Position numbers and translations under genes: made by a program. The notes beneath the pieces were generated by a model that saw nothing but the letters and a program-made list of their open reading frames with translations, was not told where the DNA came from and did no database searches. A DNA stretch of 64,000 nt from Thermoanaerobaculia bacterium (GTDB lineage: Bacteria > Acidobacteriota > Thermoanaerobaculia > UBA5066 > Gp7-AA6), in NCBI GenBank assembly GCA_038253555.1, contig JBBSGZ010000001.1:4941-68940 (forward strand), written 5' to 3'. Numbering within the stretch: the first letter of the stretch is position 1; the number at the start of each line of letters is the position of its first letter. This document shows, piece after piece, positions 45,990 through 55,356 of this stretch.

Positions 45990-47171
45990 ATGCAGGACAT
46001 CGTGATTCTCGGCGGCGCGCGGACTCCGATGCTGGAGTACAACGGTGCCTTTTCCGACGTTTCGGCGATCGAGCTCGGAGCGCACGCCGCGCGCGAGGCG
46101 CTGGCGCGCACGGGGACCGATCCCGGGCAGATCGACCACGTCATCTTCGGCAACGCCCTTCAGACCTCGGGCGACGCGATTTACGGGGCCCGCCACGTCG
46201 GGCTGAAGGCGGGGGTCCCGAAGGAAGTGCCGGCTCTGACGGTCAACCGGCTTTGCGGATCCGGGTTCGAGTCGATCGTTCAGGCGGCTCACCGCATTCT
46301 CCTCGGAGAGGCGAAGACGGTGCTGGCGGGCGGAATGGAGAACATGTCCGCCGCGCCGCACGTGATCCGGGGTGCGCGAAAAGGGCTTCGCCTGGGGCAG
46401 GGGGCCCTCGAGGACTCGCTGATGGTGGCCCTGCTCGACTCGTACTGCGGCCTCTATATGGCGCAGACGTCGGACCGGGTCGCCGCGAAGTACGGGATCA
46501 CGCGGGAAGAGCAGGACGAGTACGCCCTCTCTTCGCAGCAGAGGGCTGCGGCGGCCCAGAGCGCCTGCCGGCTCTCCGAGGAAATCGCGCCGATCGACGT
46601 CAGGGCGGGCCGGAAGACCGTGCGAATCGAAAAGGACGATCACCTGCGGCCCGAGACGACCCTCGAGGGTCTGGCCGCTCTGACTCCTTCCTTCGGCAAA
46701 GGCGGCCAGGTGACGGCCGGAAACGCCTCCGGCATCGTGGACGGGGCGGCGTCCGTCGTGGTCACCTCGGCGGAGGAAGCCCGCGCCCGCGGGAAGAAGC
46801 CGCTCGGCCGGCTGATCGGATGGGCCGTCACGGGAGTGGAGCCGGAGCTCATGGGTCTGGGGCCCGCGCCCGCCGCTCGCGCCGCTCTCGAGAAGGCGGG
46901 TCTCCGTCAGGATCAGATCGACCTCTGGGAGATCAACGAGGCTTTTGCGGGCCAGATCCTGGGTGTCGTTCGCGAGCTCGGGCTCGATCGCGAGAAGTTG
47001 AACGTCAACGGAGGCGCGATCGCGCTCGGGCATCCGCTCGCCGCGACGGGCACCCGCTGCACGCTGACGCTTTTGAAGGAAATGCGGCGCCGCGGCGTCC
47101 GCTACGGCCTGGCGGGCGCGTGCATCGGGGGCGGACAGGGAATCGCGGTGGTGCTCGAAGCGGGATCGTGA
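45990..47171 (+). CDS. Acetyl-CoA C-acetyltransferase (thiolase II)
   Basis: LTVNRLCGSGFES (active Cys), NVNGGAIALGHPLAATG and GCIGGGQG are present. GGGAGAG lies upstream of ATG 45990. Confidence 0.93.
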   Translation: MQDIVILGGARTPMLEYNGAFSDVSAIELGAHAAREALARTGTDPGQIDHVIFGNALQTSGDAIYGARHVGLKAGVPKEVPALTVNRLCGSGFESIVQAAHRILLGEAKTVLAGGMENMSAAPHVIRGARKGLRLGQGALEDSLMVALLDSYCGLYMAQTSDRVAAKYGITREEQDEYALSSQQRAAAAQSACRLSEEIAPIDVRAGRKTVRIEKDDHLRPETTLEGLAALTPSFGKGGQVTAGNASGIVDGAASVVVTSAEEARARGKKPLGRLIGWAVTGVEPELMGLGPAPAARAALEKAGLRQDQIDLWEINEAFAGQILGVVRELGLDREKLNVNGGAIALGHPLAATGTRCTLTLLKEMRRRGVRYGLAGACIGGGQGIAVVLEAGS

Positions 47172-47249
47172 GGAGCGGCGCTGGACTGGACGGAACGGAT
47201 CCTCGGATTTCCGGTCCGCACCGCGGCCGTCGCCTCTTTTCTCGAGGAC

Positions 47250-47507
47250 TTGAAGGCGCGGCGGGCGGCCGACTTGAACGGCGTCCTCGTGACGTTCAAC
47301 GACGGCAGCCTCTGCCGTGACGCGCTCCGTCACTGGCTTCTGAAAGAATGGATCGTGATCGCGCCCCACTCGCCGCTGACGGCGCTCCCGGGGCGCGGGT
47401 TCACGCGGGATTTAACGCTCAGGCAGTTCTGCGGGGAAAACGCGGCCGCGCCGGAAAGCGCGCCCGACAGAGAAGAGGGAGGATGGGACGGCGATGACGA
47501 TTCGTAA
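47250..47507 (+). CDS. Possible small hypothetical protein in the thiolase-hbd gap
   Basis: The frame is open from the thiolase stop (47172) to 47507 and reads protein-like in part (LNGVLVTFNDGSLCRDALRHWLLKEWIVIAPHSP). There is no convincing RBS or ATG, and it overlaps the hbd start by 14 nt. Confidence 0.3.
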   Translation: MKARRAADLNGVLVTFNDGSLCRDALRHWLLKEWIVIAPHSPLTALPGRGFTRDLTLRQFCGENAAAPESAPDREEGGWDGDDDS

Positions 47508-48354
47508 AGTGGGCGTCCTCGGGGCCGGTTTGATGGGTTCGGGTATCGCGGAAGTTGCGGCCAGGAGCGGCTACGAGACGGTCGTGCGCGAGGTTTCGGA
47601 CGACCTCGGCCGGAAAGGGATCGCGAGGATCGAAGGGTCCCTGGCGAAGGCGGTCGAGAAAAAGAAGATGACCCCGGAGGAGAAGGACGCGGCGCGCGAG
47701 CGGCTCTCCACCACCACGAAACTGTCGGACCTCGCGGACTGCGACATCCTCGTCGAAGCCATCATCGAAAACCTCGACCTTAAAAAGGAGACGTACCGGG
47801 AGCTCGACCGGATCTGCAAGGCCGAGACGATCTTCTGCTCGAACACGTCTTCGCTGACGATTACCGAAATGTCCGCCGTGACGTCGCGGGCGGACCGATT
47901 TGCCGGCCTTCATTTCTTCAACCCGGTGCCGGTCATGAAGCTCGTCGAGGTGGTCCGGACGATCGCGACTTCGGAAGAGACTTTCGAAAGGGTGTTTCAG
48001 TTCGCGCAGTCCCTCGGAAAGGATCCGATCCGCGCGCGCGACAACTCGGGCTTCGTCGTCAACCGGCTCCTCGTTCCGTATCTCCTCGATGCCGTGCGCG
48101 CCTTAGAAGAGGGGGTCGGAAGCCCCGAGGACATCGACAAGGGAATGGAGCTCGGCTGCGGCCATCCCATGGGGCCGTTGAAGCTGCTCGACTTCGTCGG
48201 TCTCGACACGACCTTCTACATCGCTCAGATCATGTTCGACGAATACCGGGAAAAGCGGTTCGCGCCGCCGCCGCTCTTGAAGCGCATGGTGCTGGCGGGG
48301 CGCCTGGGCCGCAAGTCCGGCCGCGGATTCTACGAATACGGCGGCGCAAAGTGA
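47494..48354 (+). CDS. hbd: 3-hydroxybutyryl-CoA (3-hydroxyacyl-CoA) dehydrogenase
   Basis: VGVLGAGLMGSGIA (Rossmann), SNTSSL and GFVVNRLL motifs are present. Confidence 0.92.
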   Translation: MTIRKVGVLGAGLMGSGIAEVAARSGYETVVREVSDDLGRKGIARIEGSLAKAVEKKKMTPEEKDAARERLSTTTKLSDLADCDILVEAIIENLDLKKETYRELDRICKAETIFCSNTSSLTITEMSAVTSRADRFAGLHFFNPVPVMKLVEVVRTIATSEETFERVFQFAQSLGKDPIRARDNSGFVVNRLLVPYLLDAVRALEEGVGSPEDIDKGMELGCGHPMGPLKLLDFVGLDTTFYIAQIMFDEYREKRFAPPPLLKRMVLAGRLGRKSGRGFYEYGGAK

Positions 48355-49133
48355 GCGAGCTCGTGCGGGTCGACACCGTCGACGGGATCCGAACCCTCAC
48401 CGTCCACCGTCCGGAGAAGTTGAACGCGCTGAATGGCCACGTGCTCGAAGCGCTCGACGCCGAAGTGATCGAAGCCCGGCGTGACGCGACGCTGCGCTGC
48501 CTGATCATCACCGGCGCCGGAGAGAAGGCGTTCATCGCGGGAGCGGACATCGGGGAGCTCGCAAAGCTGACACCGGTCGAGGGCCGCGAGCACGCCCGGC
48601 AGGGCCAGGCGGTTCTCGACCGGATCGAGAACCTCGCAATCCCGACGATTGCCGCCATCAACGGCTTCGCGTACGGCGGGGGACTCGAGCTGGCGATGGC
48701 CTGCACCCTCCGCGTCGCATCGGAGAACGCCCGAATGGGACTGCCGGAAACCTCTCTCGGCATAATTCCCGGCTACGGCGGAACCCAGCGCCTGGCGAGG
48801 CTCGTCGGCCGCGCCCGGGCGTACGAGCTCGTCCTGACGGCGTCCAAGGGCGTGTCGGCGGCCGACGCGGAACGGATCGGGCTCGTCAACCGGGTCGTGG
48901 CGGCGGGTCAGGCGCTTTCCGCGGCGCTGGACATGGCGCGCGCGATCGCCGCCAATGGGCCGGCGGCCGTGCGTTACGCCCTGGACGCGATCCGCAGCGG
49001 CATCGAAATGCCTTCCGCGGAGGGCAGATTGCTCGAGGCGACCCTGTTCGGTCTCTGTGCCGCGACGTCGGACATGAAGGAAGGCATGACGGCATTCCTG
49101 GAGAAACGCCCCGCGAAGTTCACCGGGTCTTGA
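48351..49133 (+). CDS. Enoyl-CoA hydratase (crotonase)
   Basis: ITGAGEKAFIAGADI and INGFAYGGGLELAMACT crotonase-fold motifs are present. 4-nt overlap with hbd. Confidence 0.9.
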   Translation: MSELVRVDTVDGIRTLTVHRPEKLNALNGHVLEALDAEVIEARRDATLRCLIITGAGEKAFIAGADIGELAKLTPVEGREHARQGQAVLDRIENLAIPTIAAINGFAYGGGLELAMACTLRVASENARMGLPETSLGIIPGYGGTQRLARLVGRARAYELVLTASKGVSAADAERIGLVNRVVAAGQALSAALDMARAIAANGPAAVRYALDAIRSGIEMPSAEGRLLEATLFGLCAATSDMKEGMTAFLEKRPAKFTGS

Positions 49134-49192
49134 GGCCCCCTGCCCGGCGAAACGCCCGGCCCTGCTAAACTGAATACCGAGAAGGACGCACC

Positions 49193-50443
49193 GTGCACCC
49201 GCCCGAATCCGACCTGATCTACGACTGGAACCGAGCCGGCGGCTCCGTGTTCCCCGCCCGCGGCGTCGTGGAGCTCGACGACGAGACCCTGCGCGACGGC
49301 CTGCAGTCGCCGTCGGTCAAGAGCCCCTCGATAGAACACAAGCTGAAGCTCCTCCACCTGATGGAGGCGCTCGGGATCGATTCGGCCGACATCGGCCTGC
49401 CCGGGGCGGGCCCGCACGTGGTCGCGACGGTCACGCGCCTCGCGCGGGAGATCGTCGATTCGGGGATGAAGATCCGACCCAACTGCGCGGCGCGGACCGT
49501 CGCCGCCGACATCATTCCGATCATCGAGATCTCTCAGAAAGTCGGCATTCCGATCGAAGTCTCCTGCTTCATCGGCTCCTCCCCGATCCGGCAGTACGCT
49601 GAGGACTGGGACCTCGACCGCATGCTGCGTCTCTCGGAGGACGCCGTGTCGCTGGCGGTCAAGGAGGGCCTTCCGGTCATGTACGTGACGGAAGACACCA
49701 CGCGCGCGCACCCGGACCACATCCGGCAGATGTACACCACGGCGATGCGGGCCGGCGCCCAGCGTGTCTGCGTCTGCGACACCGTCGGCCACGCGACACC
49801 GAACGGCGTGCAGAACCTGATCCGCTTCGTCGTGCAGATGGTGAACGCCGTGAATCCCGAGGTGAAGGTGGACTGGCACGGCCACCAGGATCGCGGGTTT
49901 GGCGTCACGAACGCCCTCTGGGCGCTCGAGGCCGGGGCCCACCGCGTGCACGCCTGCGCGCTCGGGATCGGCGAGCGCGTCGGAAACACGCCGATGGATC
50001 AGCTTCTCGTCAACCTCCAGCTCCTCGGTTGGATCGACCGCGATTTGACCCGGCTTCACGACTACTCCTCGCTCGTCTCGGAGGCCACCGGAGTTCCGAT
50101 TCCGGACAATTACCCGGTGGTAGGGCGCGATGCGTTCCGGACCGGAACGGGAGTCCACGCGGCCGCGATCATCAAGGCGCGCAAAAAGGGGGACGAGTGG
50201 CTCGCCGACCGGGTGTACTCCGGGGTCCCGGCCGCGATGATCGGCCGCCGGCAGGTGATCGAGATCGGCCCCATGAGCGGCCTGTCGAACGTGCACTGCT
50301 GGCTTCAGGACCGGGGCCTCGAGGCGCGCCCCGAGGTCGTCGAGTCGATTTTTCGCCGCGCGAAGGAGAGCGACAAAATCCTCGCCGACGAAGAGATCCT
50401 TGCCATCGTTCACGCGCTCGCTGACGCGCCCACGGCCCATTAA
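49193..50443 (+). CDS. DRE-TIM (HMGL-like) aldolase, 2-isopropylmalate/homocitrate synthase family, short form
   Basis: DETLRDGLQSP, CDTVGHATP, HGHQDRGFGVTNAL and GIGERVGNTPMD motifs are present. It lacks a LeuA-type C-terminal regulatory domain. Confidence 0.7.
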   Translation: MHPPESDLIYDWNRAGGSVFPARGVVELDDETLRDGLQSPSVKSPSIEHKLKLLHLMEALGIDSADIGLPGAGPHVVATVTRLAREIVDSGMKIRPNCAARTVAADIIPIIEISQKVGIPIEVSCFIGSSPIRQYAEDWDLDRMLRLSEDAVSLAVKEGLPVMYVTEDTTRAHPDHIRQMYTTAMRAGAQRVCVCDTVGHATPNGVQNLIRFVVQMVNAVNPEVKVDWHGHQDRGFGVTNALWALEAGAHRVHACALGIGERVGNTPMDQLLVNLQLLGWIDRDLTRLHDYSSLVSEATGVPIPDNYPVVGRDAFRTGTGVHAAAIIKARKKGDEWLADRVYSGVPAAMIGRRQVIEIGPMSGLSNVHCWLQDRGLEARPEVVESIFRRAKESDKILADEEILAIVHALADAPTAH

Positions 50444-51404
50444 GACGAAGACACCCCGCGACGCGGTCCCCGCGGACGCCCCGCGTTCGGAATTTCTGCA
50501 GCGGCAGCTCCCCACGTTCCTCGACCATCTCGCGGTCGAGCGCGGCCTTTCACCGGCCTCCGTCGGCGCGTACGGGAGCGATCTGTCCGCGTTCGGCCGC
50601 TTTCTCGCGGCGTCCGGCGTGACGGCACAGGGCGCGACGCGCGCGGAGCTCGGCCGGTACTTCGGCTCGACGCGCGCGCGCGGTCTCTCCGCCCGATCCG
50701 CCTCACGCGCGCTTTCGGCGCTGCGGGCGTTCTATTCGTATGCCGCCCTTCACCTCGGGTTCACCGAGGATCCCACGATCGACCTGACGAATCCGAAGCT
50801 CGGATTCTCCCTTCCCAAAGCGCTGTCGGAAGCCGAAGTCGTCGCGCTGATGAACGCCCCCGACGAGGCGACCTCTCTCGGCCTGAGAGACCGCGCGATG
50901 CTGGAACTGCTTTACGCGTCGGGGCTGCGGGTCTCGGAGCTCGTCGGCCTGCCGCGGGCCGCGATCGATCTGCCCGCCGGGATCCTGCTCGTGAGAGGCA
51001 AGGGGGGAAAGGAACGGCTCGTGCCGTTCGGCGGGAGCGCGACGAAGTGGCTTCGCCGGTACCTCGAGGAGGCCCGGCCTGCCCTGGACACCCGCAGGTC
51101 CGCGGTCCTTTTTCTGTCTTCGCGCGGAGCGGCGATGACGCGCCAGCGGTTCTGGCAGATTCTGGAGGGATACGGCCGCTCGGCAGGGATCCGGTCCCCG
51201 CTCACGCCGCACGGGCTGAGGCACTCGTTCGCCACCCACCTCCTGGAGCACGGCGCCGACCTGCGGGCGCTGCAGATGATGCTCGGCCACTCGGACATCT
51301 CGACGACATCGATTTACACGCACGTCTCGCGCGGACGTCTGCGGCGGGTTTACGACGAATTTCATCCGCGCGCCAGCCGCTCGAGGAGAGGGAAGGTTCG
51401 TTGA
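50400..51404 (+). CDS. xerD: Tyrosine site-specific recombinase XerD-like
   Basis: LLYASGLRVSELVGL, HGLRHSFATHLLEHGADLRALQMMLGHSDISTTSIYTHV (R-H-R-Y catalytic set) are present. The only start candidate is TTG 50400, which overlaps the upstream gene by 44 nt. Confidence 0.82.
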   Translation: MPSFTRSLTRPRPIKTKTPRDAVPADAPRSEFLQRQLPTFLDHLAVERGLSPASVGAYGSDLSAFGRFLAASGVTAQGATRAELGRYFGSTRARGLSARSASRALSALRAFYSYAALHLGFTEDPTIDLTNPKLGFSLPKALSEAEVVALMNAPDEATSLGLRDRAMLELLYASGLRVSELVGLPRAAIDLPAGILLVRGKGGKERLVPFGGSATKWLRRYLEEARPALDTRRSAVLFLSSRGAAMTRQRFWQILEGYGRSAGIRSPLTPHGLRHSFATHLLEHGADLRALQMMLGHSDISTTSIYTHVSRGRLRRVYDEFHPRASRSRRGKVR

Positions 51405-51496
51405 GCGCGCGGCGTGGGTTTCGAGGCCTCTCCGACAGGGGTTTCGTAGGGCCGCAGGGGAATTTCCGGTCGCCGCTTCCTGTTCCCGGACGACGT

Positions 51497-52216
51497 ATGT
51501 CTTCATCTCTTCGAGCCGCTCTCCTGATCGGGTTTTTCACGGCGTCCGCGATGCGGGCGGAGCTCGTGATCTTCGAGGACGGCCGCGTTGTGAAGGCGGC
51601 CTCGTACCAGGTCCGCGGCGAGGAGGTCGAAATTCGTCTCCCCGGCGGCGGCAGCTATTCCGTCGATCTCCATCGCGTCGAGAGGATCGTCGACGACGAA
51701 GTCATCCTGCCTCCGGCCGCGGTCGCGCAGGCGCAGGCCCCGGCGGGGCCCGCGGTGACCTACGACATGCGCTACCAGGCGCATCGGAAGCCGCTCTTCC
51801 CGTCGCGCTACGACGCCGTCATCGACGCGGAGGCAAAGCGCTACGACGTCGACGCCGCCTTCGTCTCGGCCCTGATCCGGGCGGAGTCCAACTACGAGCC
51901 GCGCGCGGTCTCGCGCAAGGGCGCCCGCGGCCTGATGCAGTTGATGCCCGCGACGGCGCGCCGGTTGAACGTGCAGCGCCCCTTTGATCCCGCCGCGAAC
52001 GTGCGGGGAGGCGTCCGCTATCTGCGAGAGCTCCTCGACCGCTTCGATGGGAAGCCGGAGCTCGTGCTCGCGGCCTACAACGCCGGCGAAAACGCCGTCG
52101 AGAGCTACGGCGGGGTGCCCCCGTATCGAGAGACGGTCGGATACGTGAAGCGCATCCTCACGTGGTGGACGCCCGCCGTCTTGACGGGGGCGGGAATGGC
52201 CGCGGCGGAGCGCTGA
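51497..52216 (+). CDS. Lytic transglycosylase (SLT domain) protein
   Basis: A signal peptide is followed by IRAESNYEPRAVS, GLMQLMPATA and AYNAGENAV. Confidence 0.85.
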   Translation: MSSSLRAALLIGFFTASAMRAELVIFEDGRVVKAASYQVRGEEVEIRLPGGGSYSVDLHRVERIVDDEVILPPAAVAQAQAPAGPAVTYDMRYQAHRKPLFPSRYDAVIDAEAKRYDVDAAFVSALIRAESNYEPRAVSRKGARGLMQLMPATARRLNVQRPFDPAANVRGGVRYLRELLDRFDGKPELVLAAYNAGENAVESYGGVPPYRETVGYVKRILTWWTPAVLTGAGMAAAER

Positions 52217-52250
52217 GCCGGAAGCTCCAGCCGGCACCCGCCGACGAATT

Positions 52251-53036
52251 TCAGTCCATCCCGAGCCGCGCGAGGTAGCCCTTCTCCCGCACGCGTCCGA
52301 GCATCCACCCGAAGAAGGTCCCCCCCGCGGCGAGGTAGATCGCGTTCAATCCGACGGCGGCGACGAGCACGCCTCCCGGGACGTGACCCGTCGCGAGGGC
52401 CGACCGCATTCCCTCGAACACGTGCGTCGAAGGCAGCAGGAGCGAGATTGGACGCAGCCACGCGGGCAGGACGGCGACGGGGTAGAAGACCGCGGAGAGA
52501 GGCTGGATGAGGAAAGGAATTCCCCAGATCAGAGCCTCCGCGGCCTGTCCGAACCGCAGCACCAGAGCCATCGTGAACATCCCCATCGCCCAACCGAACA
52601 GGAGGAGCGAGAAGTAGAAAGGGAGGAGCGGAAGTCCGATCGCGAACAGCGGGAAGCCGTAGAAGATCCGCGCGAGTATGGCCAGCACGCCGGCCGACAC
52701 CGTCGCTCGCAGGACGCCGATCAAGGACGTGGCGACCAGCAGCTCCCAGGTCCGGACGGGAGCCACGAAGACATTCAGGATGTTTCGCGCCCAGATGTCT
52801 TCCGTGATCGACAGCGTGATCGCCTGCTGTGCGCTGTAGAAGATGTCCCAGAAGATGACGGCGCCGAGAAGGAACGTGACCCCCTTGGGCGCCGCGATTT
52901 GTTCGAGATACGAGGTCAGGAACCCCCAGACGAGCAGGTCCATGACGGGCCAGAACAGCACGCCCATCAGCCGCGCGGTGCTTCTTCGATACAGATAGAG
53001 ATAGCGAAGGAGAAGAGCGCCGATCCTGGAAATCAT
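52251..53036 (-). CDS. ABC-2 type transporter permease
   Basis: 261 aa with six TM helices and an ABC-2 layout. 4-nt overlap with the upstream ATPase gene. Confidence 0.8.
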   Translation of the reverse strand: MISRIGALLLRYLYLYRRSTARLMGVLFWPVMDLLVWGFLTSYLEQIAAPKGVTFLLGAVIFWDIFYSAQQAITLSITEDIWARNILNVFVAPVRTWELLVATSLIGVLRATVSAGVLAILARIFYGFPLFAIGLPLLPFYFSLLLFGWAMGMFTMALVLRFGQAAEALIWGIPFLIQPLSAVFYPVAVLPAWLRPISLLLPSTHVFEGMRSALATGHVPGGVLVAAVGLNAIYLAAGGTFFGWMLGRVREKGYLARLGMD

Positions 53037-53800
53037 CGGGTCGGCTCGATCATGTTTCCGTCACGCGCGATCGCGATGAACACGTCTTCCAGGGAGTCGC
53101 TCTGAGCGCGCGCCAGGAGATCCCCCGGCGTGCCCTCGGCGACCGCGCGGCCGTGCGCCAGAAACAGCACGCGGTCGCAGAGGACCTCGACCTCGCGCAT
53201 GTTGTGAGAGGTGTAGACGATCGTCACGCCCCGCTCGCGTTGCAGCTTCTGAAGGACCGTGCGGACTTTGTCGGCGATGTCGGGGTCGAGGCTGGCGGTG
53301 GGCTCGTCGAGAAACAGCACTTCGGGGTCGTTCAGGAAGGCCTTGCAGAGATTGACCCGCGTGAGTTGCCCGGAGGAAAGGGCGCCCGTGGCCCTGTTCG
53401 CGGAATCGGAGACTTCGAAAAGTTCCAGGAGTCCGTCGATCTTCGCCTGCGGCCGGCGAACTCCGTAAAGGCCCGCGAAAACGCGCAGGTTTTGCCGGAC
53501 GGTCAGATTCGACGGAAGGGAAATGTACGCCGAGGAGAAATTGACCCGCTGCAGGATCGCGAGCCGGTCAGACGGCATGGAGAGTCCGAGCACCCGTATC
53601 TGCCCGGCCGTCGGAGTCGTCAATCCGAGCAGGAGCTGAACCGTGGTGCTCTTCCCGGCGCCGTTCGCGCCAAGAAGCCCGAAGATCTCACCGGCAGCGA
53701 CGGAGAAGGAGAGTCCGTCCACGGCGGCGAGGTCCGCGAAACGCTTGGTGAGGCCCGCCACGGAAATCGCCGCTTCGAATGGGCCGGGGGTCTCGGGCAT
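53033..53800 (-). CDS. ABC transporter ATP-binding protein
   Basis: Walker A GANGAGKST, signature LSSGQ, Walker B LFLDEPT and the H-loop SHNM are present. Confidence 0.92.
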   Translation of the reverse strand: MPETPGPFEAAISVAGLTKRFADLAAVDGLSFSVAAGEIFGLLGANGAGKSTTVQLLLGLTTPTAGQIRVLGLSMPSDRLAILQRVNFSSAYISLPSNLTVRQNLRVFAGLYGVRRPQAKIDGLLELFEVSDSANRATGALSSGQLTRVNLCKAFLNDPEVLFLDEPTASLDPDIADKVRTVLQKLQRERGVTIVYTSHNMREVEVLCDRVLFLAHGRAVAEGTPGDLLARAQSDSLEDVFIAIARDGNMIEPTR

Positions 53801-53860
53801 AGAGACGGGCTCTCCTCTTCTTGTTCTCGCGGGCGGCGCGAGATTGTAAGGTCTCGCGTG

Positions 53861-54764
53861 GTGAAGATCTTCTCGACGGCCAGATACGTCCTCCCGCTGC
53901 CCGAGGGGCATCGCTTTCCCATGGAGAAATACGCGCGGCTGTCTCAGAGGGTGACGGCGGAGCTCGGAGCGCGGGCATCCCGTTTGCGAACCTCCCGCGG
54001 CGGATGACTCGGATCTTCTCCGGGCCCATACGTCCGACTGGGTCGCCCGGGTCTCCTCCGGAGCTCTCACGCGCGAGGAGATCCGCCGCATCGGTTTTCC
54101 CTGGTCCTCCGAAATGGTCGAGCGCTCGCGTCGATCCGCCGGGGCCACGATGGCGGCGTGCCGCGCGGCGATCGAGGACGGCATGGCGGTGAACCTCGCA
54201 GGCGGCACGCACCACGCATTCGCGCACCGCGGGGAAGGGTATTGCGTCTTCAACGACACCGCCGTCGCGGCCCGGGCGATGCAGAGCGAAAAGCGCGCGC
54301 GCCGCGTGCTGGTCATCGACTGCGACGTGCACCAGGGCAACGGCACCGCGGCGATCTTTCGGGACGATCCCTCCGTCTTCACGTTCTCGATCCACGGCGC
54401 GAAGAATTTTCCCTTCCGAAAGGAAAAAAGCGACCTCGACGTCGAGCTGCCTGACGGAAGCGGAGACTCGGAGTACCTCGAAGCGCTCTCGGCAGGATTG
54501 GCCGAGGTGACGATCCGTTTCCCCGCTCCGGACCTCGCGTTTTACGTCGCCGGCGCGGACCCGTGGGAGGGAGACCGCCTGGGCCGTTTGAAGGTCTCTC
54601 AGGCAGGGCTCGCTGCGCGCGACCGCCTGGTCCTCGGAGAGCTGCGCCACGCGGGGATACCCGTCGCCGTGACGATGGCCGGCGGATACGGCCGTCCAAT
54701 CGACGGCACGGTCGAGATCCACTTCGAAACCGTTCGCCTCGCCGCGGAGCTGTCCGGCCTCTGA
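53861..54764 (+). pseudogene. Histone deacetylase-family (class II-like) deacetylase with an apparent 1-nt frameshift near 53960-53978
   Basis: Frame A reads (V)KIFSTARYVLPLPEGHRFPMEKYARLSQRVTAELGA and then stops at 54005. Frame B, open from 53955, continues HPVCEPPAADDSDLLRAHTSDWVARVSSGALTREEIRRIGFPWSSEMVERSRRS ... GGTHHAF ... DCDVHQGNGTA. Confidence 0.72.
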
Positions 54765-55015
54765 CCCGCGGCCCCGGCATATCCGAGCGCAGGGAGAACG
54801 AACACTGCATCACCGGATTCTCGAGTTCTCGTAGTGCCCGCGGGCCCCCTGAACCCGACCTCTCCCCGAGCGCTGGGGGAGGGAGAAGGCCGCGGGTGAC
54901 CACTGCGGAGAGGGCTTTTGAGCAGGCGACGGACCGTCGGATCTTCGTATTTGCGAGTAAACTGGAATCCATCATCCTGCGTCCAATGCGCAGGACGGGA
55001 CGAAGGAGGTTCTTC

Positions 55016-55333
55016 ATGGATAAACGCTTTCGCTTGCTTTCCATGGCCACTCTTTTCGCTGCCGCTCTGTTCGTCACCCCCGCGGCCGGATCGGCCGCTC
55101 CCCACCGCATCTGGGTTCCCGGTCCGCCGCCTGCGCCGGTTGTCGAGGTCCGGCCGACTTCGCCGGGCCGCGGTCACGTCTGGGTGGGCGGATATCACCG
55201 CTGGGACGGCCATACCCACGTCTGGGTCCCGGGAAGCTGGCGCCGCGCCCCCCGTGCCCGGGCCGCCTGGGTCCAGGGCCGGTGGGTGCACTCCCGCCGC
55301 GGCTGGTACTGGCGCGAAGGGCACTGGCGCTGA
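55016..55333 (+). CDS. Small secreted W/G/R-rich repeat protein (YXWGXW-repeat-like)
   Basis: GGAGG lies 6 nt upstream. A signal peptide is followed by HVWVGGYHRWDGHTHVWVPGSWRR ... WVQGRWVHSRRGWYWREGHWR. Confidence 0.7.
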   Translation: MDKRFRLLSMATLFAAALFVTPAAGSAAPHRIWVPGPPPAPVVEVRPTSPGRGHVWVGGYHRWDGHTHVWVPGSWRRAPRARAAWVQGRWVHSRRGWYWREGHWR

Positions 55334-55356
55334 GCGCCGCCAGGAAAGGAGCCCGC

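Noticed and set aside
50400-51404. Tyrosine recombinase as a marker of an integrated mobile element
   Set aside because: The sequence matches housekeeping XerD-type recombinases. No flanking direct repeats, tRNA target, phage or transposon genes, or compositional break are visible around it.
54986-55333. Upstream ATG giving an MRRTGRRRFF N-terminus (twin-arginine-like signal) for the first YXWGXW protein
   Set aside because: A perfect GGAGG sits 6 nt before the downstream ATG 55016, and that start already yields a standard Sec signal. The upstream ATG has no RBS and lies within a hairpin.
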